Assembly: GCA_046594305.1 (NCBI GenBank)
Contig: JBKJTB010000368.1
Location: forward strand, 3,317 to 67,316
Source: Devosia sp.
GTDB lineage: Bacteria > Pseudomonadota > Alphaproteobacteria > Rhizobiales > Devosiaceae
Direction of reading: 5' to 3'
DNA length: 64,000 nucleotides
The translations under genes and the position numbers were made by a program. Under the pieces are notes generated by a model. That model was not told the DNA's origin. It saw only the letters and a list, made by a program, of their open reading frames with translations, and searched no databases. Shown piece after piece: positions 63,078 to 64,000 of the stretch (positions are counted from its first letter, which is position 1; every line of letters starts with the position of its first letter).

Positions 63078-63683
63078 ATGGATAAATTCACGCAACTCAC
63101 CGGAGTCGCCGCGCCGCTGCCGATCATCAATATCGACACCGACATGATCATCCCCAAGCAGTACCTCAAGACGATCAAGCGCACGGGTCTGGGCTCGGCG
63201 CTGTTCTCCGAGATGCGCTACAATGACGACGGCTCGGAGAATCCCGATTTCGTCCTCAACAAGCCGGCCTACCGCAAGGCGACGATCATCGTCGCCGGCG
63301 ACAATTTCGGCTGGGGCTCGTCGCGCGAGCATGCGCCGTGGGCGCTGCTCGATTTCGGCGTGCGCTGCGTCATCTCGACCAGCTTTGCCGACATCTTCTA
63401 CAACAACTGCTTCAAGAACGGCATTCTGCCCCTCATCGTCACACCCGAACAATTGAAGCTCCTGATGGACGATGCCGAGCGCGGCTCCAACGCCACCATC
63501 TCGGTCGACCTCGAGGCCCAGACCATCAAGGGGCCCGATGGCGGCACGCTGCATTTCGACATCGATCCGTCGCGCAAGCAGACGCTGCTCGAAGGGCTCG
63601 ACGACATCGCCGCGACGATGAAGGAAGGCGCCGAGATTTCCGCCTTCGAGAACAAGGTCGCGACGCAGAGGCCGTGGATCTGA
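63078..63683 (+). CDS. leuD: 3-isopropylmalate dehydratase small subunit
   Basis: [31 protein letters not shown]...[17 protein letters not shown]...; 201 aa. Confidence 0.95.
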   Translation: MDKFTQLTGVAAPLPIINIDTDMIIPKQYLKTIKRTGLGSALFSEMRYNDDGSENPDFVLNKPAYRKATIIVAGDNFGWGSSREHAPWALLDFGVRCVISTSFADIFYNNCFKNGILPLIVTPEQLKLLMDDAERGSNATISVDLEAQTIKGPDGGTLHFDIDPSRKQTLLEGLDDIAATMKEGAEISAFENKVATQRPWI

Positions 63684-64000
63684 TGGTCAAGCGGATTTCG
63701 ACCGGCTCTCCGTTCGAGGCCAAGATCGGCTACTCGCGCGCCATCGTCGACCAGGACATGGTCTATGTCTCGGGCACGACCGGCTACGACTACACGACCA
63801 TGACCATGCCGGAGGACGCCGGCAAGCAGGCGCGCAATGCCATCGCCACCATCGCCAAGGCGTTGGCCGAGGCCGGCGCCTCGCTCGCCGATGTCGTGCG
63901 CGTCCGCTACTACCTCGTCGACATGAGCGTTTATGATGCTGTCGTCGCCGCGGCCGGTGAGGCCTTCGGCACCGTGCGTCCCGCCGCGACGATGGTTATC
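63683..64000 (+). CDS. RidA/YjgF family protein (3' end outside window)
   Basis: ATG 63683 overlaps the leuD stop (TGATG). [37 protein letters not shown]...ADVVRVRYYL... The frame is open to the window edge. It is not in the ORF track because no stop is reached. Confidence 0.8.
   Translation, partial: MVKRISTGSPFEAKIGYSRAIVDQDMVYVSGTTGYDYTTMTMPEDAGKQARNAIATIAKALAEAGASLADVVRVRYYLVDMSVYDAVVAAAGEAFGTVRPAATMVI

Overview
This is a high-GC, gene-dense 64-kb chromosomal segment. Its gene content and synteny look alphaproteobacterial, Hyphomicrobiales-like: hemC-hemD-mic60-hemY, tsaD-gpsA-yciI-EVE, rsmB-heparinaseII/III-purH, and a 1591-aa NAD-glutamate dehydrogenase. I call about 70 protein-coding genes or pseudogenes and one tRNA-Thr(CGU). 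I saw no rRNA, CRISPR array, transposase or integrase.

Positions 1-30 kb are accessory catabolism and transport:
- a three-component Rieske oxygenase locus with a PrpD-family protein and a LysR regulator
- a Rieske-protein/amidohydrolase-2 pair under an MmyB-like regulator
- a Dpp-type ABC importer joined to a ThDP enzyme, an aldehyde dehydrogenase and an MFS pump
- a racemase-fold / signal-less PBP / RraA-fold trio with LysR and hyi
- an agl-like alpha-glucoside locus (SBP, two permeases, GH13, LacI) whose SBP gene is frameshifted

Positions 30-64 kb are core housekeeping genes interrupted by small accessory inserts:
- two VapBC-type TA modules
- a Lys/Arg-free, highly acidic 97-aa ORF
- two ATGA-coupled membrane micro-ORFs
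- a PD-(D/E)XK-like ORF butt-joined to leuC
- a tandem pair of 98-aa paralogues
- a frameshifted DUF559 (Vsr-like) endonuclease gene bracketed by about 70-bp inverted repeats

I did not find a clear multi-gene novel system such as a defence island. The most unusual items are the DUF559 inverted-repeat cassette, the acidic ORF, the tandem paralogues, the degenerate FtsZ-like mini-protein and the signal-less PBP trio.

All family assignments come from reading motifs by eye, with no database search. Coordinates of non-ORF features were derived by hand and may be off by 1-2 nt.
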